Shown one piece after another: positions 40,813-49,525 of a DNA stretch of 64,000 bases. The position numbers and the translations under genes are program-made. The stretch covers positions 60,855-124,854 of IMG/VR virus record IMGVR_UViG_3300019757_000164; one strand, given 5' to 3'. Origin of the DNA: a virus. Below the pieces are notes generated by a model that saw nothing but the letters and a program-made list of their open reading frames with translations, was not told the origin of the DNA and did not search any database. How positions within the stretch are numbered: position 1 is the stretch's first letter; each line of letters begins with the position of its first letter.

Positions 40813-41145
40813 ATGGCTACATCAAGAGCACCGAGTAATATTTCGTTTACAACAACAAGTACGGATTATGATTTATTACAAGACACAGAGGTAAAAGATG
40901 TATTTAAAGCATTATATAATTGGGATGAAGACAGATATCAACTTGAAGTATCAAAAGGATTCGAGAGTATGAAGTTCGACATTTTCGTGAGTGGAACAGA
41001 AGTCAAAATAAATGACGCTACACGATATGAATCGTTGATTGGAGACACGGTATATACTACTGAAGACTTCAATAGGACTAAATACAAGAGTATTAAAATT
41101 AAGGATACTGGAATATCAGGAATCTTTAGTTTTAATAGATTGTAG
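40813..41145 (+). CDS. hypothetical (virion-like) protein
   Basis: GAAGGGA SD; Thr/Ser-rich. Confidence 0.7.
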   Translation: MATSRAPSNISFTTTSTDYDLLQDTEVKDVFKALYNWDEDRYQLEVSKGFESMKFDIFVSGTEVKINDATRYESLIGDTVYTTEDFNRTKYKSIKIKDTGISGIFSFNRL

Positions 41146-41153
41146 GTGCTATT

Positions 41154-42059
41154 ATGGCAGGAGTAGGAATAGGAACTGTAATAGCATTGATAAACAATAC
41201 GACAATAGACACAGACCAGCTAAACACAAAGAATTCTCCAATTGCAGGATATTTTTTGTCAAACGATGGAACTGAATTAGAGTGGTCTCCAATAACAGGA
41301 GGATTAAATTATAAAGGTAATTGGGATTCACTAACAAATTCACCTACAATAGCCTCTGGAGTTGGCATATCTGGTGACTTTTATAAAGTATCTGTTCCTT
41401 CAAGCGGAGTAACAGTGATTGATGGCGAAAGTGTTTGGGAGATAGACGACCAAGTGCTGTTTAATGGCACAGTGTGGCAAAGAATACCAGCAACAAGTAT
41501 AGACAATACTCCAATTGAATTAACTGGGAGTCAAACGCTTACTCAGCTTGACACCGTTTACCTAATAAATGCAACAGTAGCTGATGCTGTAATAACTATA
41601 CCAGATGCAGTCTTGCAAAACGGCGGGAAAGAGATTCAAATAATAAAAAATTCTGGAGATTTTAATGTCTTAATATCTACAACAACCCCTCAGTTTATTG
41701 GAAATTTAACAGCCCAGACTATATCTCAGAACGGAAAGGGTTTTACAGCAATATCTAGGGGGAGTGATAATTCCTGGACAATTAATCAAGATAGCAGAAC
41801 ATCTAACTCTGTCAAGAATATAACCACAAACTACACTGTAACCTCAAATGATTCGATATTACTAGTAAATGGAGCAGTAGAAATAACTTTACCATCTACA
41901 ATTTACAGTGGTTTCAAATTAATTGTAAAAAATACTGCAAATAATACGATAACTATGTCTTCATCTGTTCTGATTGATGACGAGTTAAGTAAAACAATAT
42001 CCAATTTATATGATTCATATGAATTTTTATTTGATGGGAATCAGTGGTGGATAATATAG
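41154..42059 (+). CDS. fibre/decoration-like structural protein
   Basis: GGLNYKGNWD..TN.P...G..GDFYKV...NGTVWQRI and ITLP...FDGNQW repeats typical of tail fibre modules. Confidence 0.65.
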   Translation: MAGVGIGTVIALINNTTIDTDQLNTKNSPIAGYFLSNDGTELEWSPITGGLNYKGNWDSLTNSPTIASGVGISGDFYKVSVPSSGVTVIDGESVWEIDDQVLFNGTVWQRIPATSIDNTPIELTGSQTLTQLDTVYLINATVADAVITIPDAVLQNGGKEIQIIKNSGDFNVLISTTTPQFIGNLTAQTISQNGKGFTAISRGSDNSWTINQDSRTSNSVKNITTNYTVTSNDSILLVNGAVEITLPSTIYSGFKLIVKNTANNTITMSSSVLIDDELSKTISNLYDSYEFLFDGNQWWII

Positions 42060-42070
42060 GAGGTGATTAA

Positions 42071-43333
42071 ATGAGTTACAAAGGAAAGACCATAGACGGA
42101 ATAATTAATATAGAATCAATAAGAAGCAACAATGAAAATGTAAAAATAGATATAACAGACCTTGGTGATGATAAAGGAATCTCTGTTACTGGAGGTCAAT
42201 TTGGCGTTGGTAGCCCACAAGAAGGACAAGAAAGCGTCTTTGGTGGAGGAGATAGTTATCCTGTCCCTATAGCATTTCACTACAACATCGTTAATGAAGT
42301 CGGTTCTGTGATAACTGGAGCGAATGATATAACGAGTATTCTTAAATCAGATACAGGTTCAAGCGTTGGGTTATTTGAAACTAATCTACAAGGAGAGGTA
42401 CTTTTAATTGGTTCTGACCAACCATCGTTGGGTGCAAAGATTAAATACTCTTCTCTCGGAATTCTTGAACCTAATAACGTGATTGGGCAGTACTTAAATA
42501 CTTCTGGAGTGTGGGAAGAGCTAAGTTATATGATAACAGAATCTACCTACCCTTACACTAGAAGCACTTGGGAGTTAGCGTCATATATATCTGAACAAAT
42601 TAGATTTGGAATTGGTATATTAAACCCAACATTGAATACTTCTAAAAGAATTTTGAATATAAATGGAGTAAATATAGATAAATATTGGACTAGATTAATA
42701 CTTCTTACCCCAATAACGCAAACACCAATAGTTGAACAGATAAAAATTCACCCAAGTAGGTCTGAGGCAAATTCGGATGGTACGTTTGAGTTATTCGGAC
42801 TCTCTAGGGGCATCAAAGATATTATAACTGAGGGCTTTGCAAACAACCTATCCGACCCTTCTAATGAAAACGTAATATATTTCACTGGAGGAATAAACGG
42901 AGGAGGTTCAAAGCTTATAGATAATGAGTTCTCTAATAATACCAGAGATAGTAGAATAATAATAATTAAAATAGATGGAGACATAGACACATCATGCCCA
43001 ATAGCTGTATCTATACCTTGGTATGTAAAAGGAATTCAGACTGGAGATGTTAGATGGGATGTCGAATACACTCAAATAACAAAAAATTTTGTTTATGGTA
43101 CATTATCTGAACCAGATGGAACTCAAACAATTATAACGAACATAATAACACCTAGCAATGGAGAGAGACAAGTATTGCAATTCGAAGTCCCAATAAATAA
43201 AATAGACCCAGAGATAGGTGGGGTTGCGGTTGTGATAACAAGGGATGCAACCTTGCCAGAGGATACAGTTAATGCTAGTTGCGTATGGACTAGCAACAAC
43301 GCAAATGTTAGAGGTAGACGCTGGAAGATATAA
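42071..43333 (+). CDS. putative structural/receptor-binding protein
   Basis: 420 aa, beta-rich Gly/Ser/Ile composition, GGAGGTGA SD. Confidence 0.6.
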   Translation: MSYKGKTIDGIINIESIRSNNENVKIDITDLGDDKGISVTGGQFGVGSPQEGQESVFGGGDSYPVPIAFHYNIVNEVGSVITGANDITSILKSDTGSSVGLFETNLQGEVLLIGSDQPSLGAKIKYSSLGILEPNNVIGQYLNTSGVWEELSYMITESTYPYTRSTWELASYISEQIRFGIGILNPTLNTSKRILNINGVNIDKYWTRLILLTPITQTPIVEQIKIHPSRSEANSDGTFELFGLSRGIKDIITEGFANNLSDPSNENVIYFTGGINGGGSKLIDNEFSNNTRDSRIIIIKIDGDIDTSCPIAVSIPWYVKGIQTGDVRWDVEYTQITKNFVYGTLSEPDGTQTIITNIITPSNGERQVLQFEVPINKIDPEIGGVAVVITRDATLPEDTVNASCVWTSNNANVRGRRWKI

Positions 43334-43522
43334 ATTTAAAAGGAAGTGAAATAAATAGGTAGGGTTTGGTTTGAATATTCGGGTCAGACTTTACCATCAA
43401 CGATGTAATTAACTCTATGAGTTATTTATATATATACAACTAAATAATATGCGTCAGAAAAGACGTTAAAATCATTGTTCTTTGAAAACTGAATAATAAA
43501 TAAATTATTTTCTGATTTTCTA

Positions 43523-43551
43523 TTGACAATTTTCTTCTATTAATGTACTAT
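43523..43551 (+). promoter_or_regulatory. sigmaA-type promoter of the membrane/agr-like cassette
   Basis: TTGACA-17 bp-TACTAT. Confidence 0.75.
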
Positions 43552-43615
43552 AAAGACAAAGATGTAATAATACATCTTACATAAAAGTATATTTAATAAA
43601 GGAGGAGATTAAAAA

Positions 43616-43984
43616 ATGAGAGATGAAAGAAAAGAAGAGATTAAGAGAAGGGTGAATGGTCGTGCAACTAAGTCTGTGGTAATTTTATTGAGTTTAACTA
43701 TTGTATCTGTTTTATGTATGGTATTTTTAATTTATAAATTCATAGTAATGGATGTAATAGTTCCTGATATAACAATAAATACGACATTGATAGGAGTTAC
43801 ATTTATATTACTAATTATATCTTCTATAGCTATTTCGAACGCCAGAGATTTGGGAATCATAAAAGAAATTGTTATGGACAATAAAATCACTTTAGAAGAC
43901 ACTGTTTCTATGGAATCTATTGCAATGGATGAGATTATACAACTCAAAAATTTAGCAAGAGATATTAGAAATATGGTAGAATAG
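43616..43984 (+). CDS. two-TM membrane protein
   Basis: two hydrophobic segments, then a helical soluble tail. Confidence 0.75.
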   Translation: MRDERKEEIKRRVNGRATKSVVILLSLTIVSVLCMVFLIYKFIVMDVIVPDITINTTLIGVTFILLIISSIAISNARDLGIIKEIVMDNKITLEDTVSMESIAMDEIIQLKNLARDIRNMVE

Positions 43985-43994
43985 GTGGTGGAGT

Positions 43995-44447
43995 ATGAAT
44001 GAACTTTTGGTATTGAGATCCATCTTTAGCATCATTGAGATAATGTTATATACAATAGCAACTATTTTAATTTCTGGAGCTAGTAAAGATGATGTAATAA
44101 AAACTATATTCTTATCTATAATTATGGCTGTTGCGTTATCAACATTGGTTCCATTTATGGGAATAGTCGGATATGCACCGGCAATGGTCATCATGATGAG
44201 ATCGTATACGTTAATAAATATAAAGATAATAATCAAAAGTACAATATTTACCACTTCTATTATGTTGATATGCAATGTACTAGCTATATTATTTGCAAGT
44301 ATCATTAATCTGGATTTAAGAGTATTTAATCCATGTATAGCAACCCTTACTCTAGTATTATCTACAACCGGTTATTGCGCTTTAATAAAGGAGAAAACAA
44401 ATGCTTTTAGCTTGGGTTATTGGTCAAAAAGAAAAAAAAGAAACTAG
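43995..44447 (+). CDS. polytopic membrane protein (possible AgrC-like sensor domain without kinase)
   Basis: about five hydrophobic segments; sensor role inferred from context. Confidence 0.55.
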   Translation: MNELLVLRSIFSIIEIMLYTIATILISGASKDDVIKTIFLSIIMAVALSTLVPFMGIVGYAPAMVIMMRSYTLINIKIIIKSTIFTTSIMLICNVLAILFASIINLDLRVFNPCIATLTLVLSTTGYCALIKEKTNAFSLGYWSKRKKRN

Positions 44448-44481
44448 AGAAATTAGAAAAGAAAAAGCTAACAAAAAGTAA
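44401..44481 (+). CDS. 26-aa peptide MLLAWVIGQKEKKETREIRKEKANKK (candidate AgrD-like precursor)
   Basis: AAGGAG SD just upstream; its stop overlaps the next start (TAATG). Confidence 0.45.
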   Translation: MLLAWVIGQKEKKETREIRKEKANKK

Positions 44482-44939
44482 TGGATATATTCGAGAGCAT
44501 ATCAGGCTCTGTAACATTATTTCTTGTTAATCATAAAATAATAAGTGAAAAAAACGGAGGAACATTCGACTATATATTTGGTAGAGTGTTCTTCTTTATA
44601 ATAACTTTTACTTTATACATGGCTATGTGTATGGTATTTGTATCGCCATTAAATGCATTCGTTACTATTATGGCATTTAATCTATCGTACAACCTTGCCA
44701 ATAAAAATACTAGGTTTCATGCAATTAAAATGCAGAATTGTGCTCTGGTGAGCGGGTTATCAATATTGATAGCATTGCTTGCAAGTATGTCGTTGCAAAA
44801 TATTATTGTATTTAAGTTTAGTTTTATAATTTATAATTTAATAATATCTTTTATTATATCCAAATGTATTGTTTCTACTAAGGGACGGCTGATATTCAGA
44901 TGGATAGAAAACAAGATCCTTTTAACGGAGATTAAATGA
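44481..44939 (+). CDS. AgrB-like membrane peptidase
   Basis: amphipathic N-terminus, TM helices, and FHAIKMQNC giving the H-x6-C spacing of AgrB catalytic residues. Confidence 0.55.
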   Translation: MDIFESISGSVTLFLVNHKIISEKNGGTFDYIFGRVFFFIITFTLYMAMCMVFVSPLNAFVTIMAFNLSYNLANKNTRFHAIKMQNCALVSGLSILIALLASMSLQNIIVFKFSFIIYNLIISFIISKCIVSTKGRLIFRWIENKILLTEIK

Positions 44940-45044
44940 ATCTCCAAATTACATAATTTTTACAAAAAAAGTATTGACACCTAGGGAGAGTGTATGGTAT
45001 TATTTGTATATAAACAATGCGAATATATTATAGGAGGTGTAAAA

Positions 45045-45482
45045 TTGAAAGATAGGATGTGCAAACTTGAGAAAAATTTTGAGATGATTCAAAGGTTTGC
45101 TAATGAAAGAGGTATAGAGATAACGGAGGATAATATAATTCAGAGTCCGTATGGTGGTATAGGGTTGTCTATACTGCACAATGGGAAACAATGGATTATT
45201 GAAATGGATGAGTATAATGAAAAATATGTACTGAGCCATCTAAACATAGGCTCTAACAAAAAACGCAAGAATCATTACCACCAACATCTAGTTTCGAATT
45301 ATTATGATCTTATAATACAACATATTTATACACATCATAATAACAATGAAAGACGCATAACTAAAAAGAATATTAAAAGTATTCGTACTGAGAATGCTTT
45401 TGAAAAAGCAAAAAAGCAAAGAGAACGGAAAGAGAAACAAGAAGAGGAGGAACAGTCATCTAGACTAAGACTCATAAAATAA
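45045..45482 (+). CDS. hypothetical protein
   Basis: own TTGACA promoter near 44974; GGAGGTG SD before TTG 45045. Confidence 0.7.
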   Translation: MKDRMCKLEKNFEMIQRFANERGIEITEDNIIQSPYGGIGLSILHNGKQWIIEMDEYNEKYVLSHLNIGSNKKRKNHYHQHLVSNYYDLIIQHIYTHHNNNERRITKKNIKSIRTENAFEKAKKQRERKEKQEEEEQSSRLRLIK

Positions 45483-45543
45483 TTTAAAATAACACTTGCA
45501 ATTGATTTTGTACTGTGTTACAATAAACTTACAAGGAGGAGAT

Positions 45544-45651
45544 ATGGAAGATTTATTATACGATGCTCAACTAGTGAGTAGAGAAAGAGAAGCCAGAATT
45601 AATACTTTAGTTAAAAAATTAAATATATTAAGAGTTAAAAAGAAGAGATAA
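45544..45651 (+). CDS. 35-aa basic peptide
   Basis: AAGGAGG SD and upstream TTGCAA...TACAAT promoter. Confidence 0.5.
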   Translation: MEDLLYDAQLVSREREARINTLVKKLNILRVKKKR

Positions 45652-45662
45652 GCAATTACCAC

Positions 45663-45754
45663 GGTGTGGGCGGTAAAAAGAATCCATTTCATTCAACTCA
45701 TTGAGTTGGGGTTCGACCTCCTTTTACGATATCCTTTATCTAATCGCTCACACC
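45663..45754 (+). ncRNA. candidate structured RNA
   Basis: GGTGTGGGCG/CGCTCACACC closing stem; inner GAATCC/GGGTTC and CAACTC/GAGTTG helices. Confidence 0.45.
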
Positions 45755-45801
45755 AATTTGATATTTTGGAGGAAAATGAACATAAGAAGGGAGAGGAAAA
45801 T

Positions 45802-46125
45802 ATGGATTATACTCAATTAGAAAAAGAATTAGAAAACTATTATGAAACTAAAACATTTATAGTTTATCAAATCGGAGATTATAAATTGGCTATAACGGAT
45901 ATTCCTATTTATATTAATCTTAATGATTTTACTGACAGTATTATGTTAGATATATCACAAGAGATTATAGGAGATTTTATGATTATATATTGTGGAGATA
46001 TGACATCCGATCAAATTGTAAAATATGAAGAAATAGAAGATATTTTCATCTCCGAACCTCAAGATGAAGAAAATGGGTTGGACTTAAAACATGATGCTCG
46101 TTGTGGGAAATCAGCAATCCATTAA
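45802..46125 (+). CDS. hypothetical acidic protein
   Basis: GAAGGGAGAG motif before ATG 45802. Confidence 0.7.
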   Translation: MDYTQLEKELENYYETKTFIVYQIGDYKLAITDIPIYINLNDFTDSIMLDISQEIIGDFMIIYCGDMTSDQIVKYEEIEDIFISEPQDEENGLDLKHDARCGKSAIH

Positions 46126-46146
46126 AATAAGATAAGAGGTGAAAGT

Positions 46147-46455
46147 TTGAACAGAAAGGAATTTTACAAATATGAGAGAGAGTTAAAGATGGAATTATTG
46201 GATGAGAATATTATATTGCTAGATTCAATGGATAGCCATAAGTTTGCTGAAGTAGTATTTAATCATGAAGCTTACAAAGATGAGTTTGAGGATATTGTAC
46301 CCTACGATTCAGTAAAAGATTGCATTGTTAATTTTGTTGATTTTAGGCAAGACAAGTATTTAAAAATGCCATATAAAAGAAATTGCGTATCGATTCATGA
46401 ATTAGAAGATGATGAGTACTGTAAAATTAAAGTGGTATGTGGATACATAATATAA
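46147..46455 (+). CDS. hypothetical protein
   Basis: GAGGTGA SD; terminator-like hairpin follows near 46470-46493. Confidence 0.7.
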   Translation: MNRKEFYKYERELKMELLDENIILLDSMDSHKFAEVVFNHEAYKDEFEDIVPYDSVKDCIVNFVDFRQDKYLKMPYKRNCVSIHELEDDEYCKIKVVCGYII

Positions 46456-46529
46456 TTGAATAATTAATTAGGGGTGAAATATCCCCTAGTTTTAACATAA
46501 ATTTTAAAATAGAAGGGAGAGTGAATTAA

Positions 46530-46901
46530 ATGAAAAAGGTATTAGTAGTATTAATGATTATTGTATTAGTATTAGGGATTACAGGGTGTAGATATAGACC
46601 AGATAAAAATATTACAGACTATGATTTAAAAGTTGTTGATGTTGAGTGGGAACTTGATGGAGAATGGATTATAGTGTCTGGTTATATTGAGAATAATGAG
46701 AAGAGAAACTCAATGAAATATCTAACTGTAACCTCATATTTAATTGATAACCACGGTAATATTGTAGATGCTATAAAGGGGTACACATTTGATGAAACAG
46801 AATCTGGATGTGAATCTAAGTTTAGTACAATAGATCAAACCGATGCTAAAAAAGTAAGAGACGTATATGTACAAATAACTTATGCAGAAAAATTAGATTA
46901 G
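46530..46901 (+). CDS. FxLYD-domain lipoprotein
   Basis: signal peptide with lipobox ITGC; VSGYIEN...YLIDNHGNIVD. Confidence 0.75.
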   Translation: MKKVLVVLMIIVLVLGITGCRYRPDKNITDYDLKVVDVEWELDGEWIIVSGYIENNEKRNSMKYLTVTSYLIDNHGNIVDAIKGYTFDETESGCESKFSTIDQTDAKKVRDVYVQITYAEKLD

Positions 46902-46910
46902 GAGGATAGT

Positions 46911-47267
46911 GTGGTTGAGATGTTTAATGAGATTCTAGATAATATTAATATTAAATTTAATGAAAGTTTAGATGAATTAAAACTGAATAAAAATAAAAAG
47001 AAGATTACTAGATATTTTGACCAATATAATTCCCATATCGTATTAATTGAACATGATAAATATGATGAACTTAGTAAAATATTCATGGCTAATGAGAATG
47101 ATAAAATTAGCATGATTAGATTGTTTGATAATGAATTGATTAAAGGATATCGAATTCAAAGATACTCGGAATATTCTAGGATGTTGATTAAATTAAAAGA
47201 GAAAGAAAGTATGTCTGAGTTTATGAAAACATTTGATGATGTTCCAATTTGGAACAATGAATTTTAG
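46911..47267 (+). CDS. hypothetical protein
   Basis: AGGAGG SD. Confidence 0.7.
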   Translation: MVEMFNEILDNINIKFNESLDELKLNKNKKKITRYFDQYNSHIVLIEHDKYDELSKIFMANENDKISMIRLFDNELIKGYRIQRYSEYSRMLIKLKEKESMSEFMKTFDDVPIWNNEF

Positions 47268-47269
47268 TT

Positions 47270-47790
47270 AACACTGGGAAAGACTAGGCTTAAATAATAC
47301 TTGTAGGTGGGTAATTATAGAAACCTTCTGAGGCGATAAATCGTAGGGCTTGGCATAGAGTGTACAATCTATGGGCTATAAGAGTATCTAAGTGTGTAGT
47401 GTGGTAAACTACAAATTAAATTTAAATTGGGTAGCAGTGAATGTACGATAAGTTCTGAAGCTGTGAGCGTGCTAGGCTGAAAGCCTAGATGGTGAAAACA
47501 CTACGATAGAAATATCTAGGATTGTCCATAATCTGAAATGTAAAAACTCGTTTGTATTTGACTATTCTCCGAGGAGATAGTATAAGAGAGGATATGGAAC
47601 AGTGTGCGACGGTGGTTTCAATGGTGTATCGTTCTCGGACGCAACGATGAAATAAATCCACTATGGTTGATATATACCTAAATAAAACCTACTTGGTCTA
47701 GTCAACTAAGGTTCTCGAAGAAAGATTGTGTAGTCGTGTGACAAGCGTTCACTTGTAGATTACGAACAGCCTATGATATAATAGGCTAAT
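47270..47790 (+). ncRNA. candidate large structured ncRNA (~520 nt)
   Basis: no ORF of 60 aa or more; nested long-range helices 47282-47290/47695-47703 and 47303-47308/47687-47692; many local hairpins. Confidence 0.6.
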
Positions 47791-47795
47791 TACAT

Positions 47796-47914
47796 AGCAC
47801 AGGACGTACAGAGAATGTACCCTGAAGACAATACTGGATAGTGAAGTATTGGTTCCCATTTTATGGATATGCCATAGTAACTATAATGTGAGGTTAGAAT
47901 CCTCACCCTGTGCT
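47796..47914 (+). ncRNA. tRNA-like RNA (not a canonical tRNA)
   Basis: AGCACAGG/CCTGTGCT terminal stem stacked on GTGAGG-TTAGAAT-CCTCAC T-arm-like hairpin; three further hairpins; no CCA. Confidence 0.55.
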
Positions 47915-47944
47915 TTTATTTTAAAAACAAAGAAGGTGAGTTAA

Positions 47945-49106
47945 ATTAATACCGACAGAATAAATAAATACTTAAAGAAACATGGATTAGCGCCAATCGA
48001 TAGAATGGATACAGATGAAAACAATATGATTTATTGCTTAAATAAAGATGGGTACAAAGTCTGTGTTCGCAAGAACTCCATAGTGCAAAATAAGGTTCCA
48101 GAGCCATTTTCAGTAAATAATATTTTTACAATAGACAACATAAGAAAATTCATAGAAAACAAAGATAGCGAAATAGAATTGTTGAGCGATAAATATATAT
48201 CTTGTTCGTCCAAGTTAGTAGTTAGAAGTAAAATTAGTCTAAAAACAAGAGAAATGTCTTGGGATAAAATAAGGGATTATAAAACATTTGGAAATATTCA
48301 CAAAAAGAATGATGATAGCAACAGATTGAATAGAGTAGGAACAGCAGGCGATGGTGTAAGCACCCCGGAAAAAATGGTGAGAGAATTGCTTAACCAGTCT
48401 AATGTATGTTTTGAGCCGGAGAAAAAGTTTGAATGGTCAAACAACAAAAGATACGATATATACATCAAAAAAACCAACACGATAATCGAGATACATGGTA
48501 TGCAACACTATAAAAAAAATAATTGGTGGAGATCATTGGACGAAGAGCAAGAAAATGATGTTAATAAAAAGAACTTAGCAATTAAAAATGGGATAACTGA
48601 CTATATAGTTGTAGATTGTAGGTATAGTAGGCTTAATTTTCTCAAGAATTCATTTGAAACTTCGTTATACGATATATTGGATTATGAAAAAATAGATTAC
48701 AGAAGTGCTTATCTCAAATCGGTTCAATCCATGGTTGATGTAGCATCTGAGATGTGGAAACTTGGAAGTACTGTTAAAGTTATGTCAGAGGAATTGAACA
48801 TTTCAACTAGAACTGTATATAGATATTTGAAAATTGCTTCCGATGCTGGCATTATTGAATATTCGCCCAAAGAGTCTATTTCTAGGTCTAACAAAGGTAG
48901 TGGAGCAAACAGGATAAAAATAAGTATGCAGTCCGCCAATGGGGAAATATTGCACTTTAAATCAATTACTGAAGCAATATCAAAAAAAATTAGATAGCAA
49001 ACACCAAATATATCGTTCTTTTAGAAGTGGAGATAGGACGTTTAATGGTAATGTCTATCACAGATACATGGGAAGCGATTACATCAAACCCATAGCAGAC
49101 AAGTAA
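47945..49106 (+). CDS. PD-(D/E)xK (Vsr-like) homing-endonuclease-like protein with HTH and NUMOD1-like tail; +1 shift in A8 run at 48982-48989
   Basis: STPEK...RYDIYI...IIEIHGMQHY...ND..K; GAAGGTGA SD before in-frame ATT 47945; first frame stops at 48997, +1 frame adds 38 aa to TAA 49104-49106. Confidence 0.7.
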
Positions 49107-49134
49107 GGTTAGAGTCCTTACCCTGTGCTTTTAT
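49103..49134 (+). repeat. second copy of the 3' end of the tRNA-like RNA
   Basis: GTAAGGTTAGAGTCCTTACCCTGTGCTTTTAT vs GTGAGGTTAGAATCCTCACCCTGTGCTTTTAT at 47888-47919, with a compensatory G-C to A-T pair change. Confidence 0.85.
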
Positions 49135-49149
49135 ATAATAGGAGGTTAT

Positions 49150-49488
49150 ATGTTCGGAAGATGGCTATATAGTATCAAAATTAAATATTATAATTATAAA
49201 AATTATTTTTACAATTGCTATGCTCTTAGAAATACATTAAAGAATGAATTTATTACTGACCTTGATGATTTTCTATTATCCATTACAGACGAAGCGATGG
49301 ATAAAGCTTATGAATTATATGATGATGATTCTATAAGTATGAGTGCATTGGAAGATTTACAAATTGCTAGACATATGATTAAGGAATTGAAAAGTGTAAA
49401 ATATAATGCTAGTAAAGATCAATATATTGGCATGAGTAAGAGAACATTTGAGTTTATTGGTAGACATATGTATAGGTGGTGGAGTTAA
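49150..49488 (+). CDS. hypothetical protein
   Basis: AGGAGG SD. Confidence 0.7.
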   Translation: MFGRWLYSIKIKYYNYKNYFYNCYALRNTLKNEFITDLDDFLLSITDEAMDKAYELYDDDSISMSALEDLQIARHMIKELKSVKYNASKDQYIGMSKRTFEFIGRHMYRWWS

Positions 49489-49525
49489 ACTTTATAAAAG
49501 TTTACAAAATAGAAGGGAGAAAATT

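Noticed and set aside
45664-45801. N-terminal extension of the ORF starting at GTG 45664
   Set aside because: It overlaps a structured hairpin and lacks an SD; ATG 45802 has the GAAGGGAGAG motif
47600-47765. GTGCGAC as a group II intron 5' end
   Set aside because: No domain V catalytic hairpin, no RT ORF and no interrupted gene found
47821-47860. CTGAAGA as a hammerhead ribozyme core
   Set aside because: The required GAAA after stem II and a matching stem III/UH site are absent
47796-47914. Canonical tRNA or tmRNA
   Set aside because: Too long, extra arms, T-loop reads TTAG not TTCG, no recognisable anticodon arm, no CCA, no G3-U70 pair or tag frame
49030-49100. AGGACGTTTAATGGTAA as the 5' half of a second tRNA-like gene
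   Set aside because: Better explained as the +1-frame coding tail of the endonuclease (NUMOD1-like); terminal stem pairing is weak
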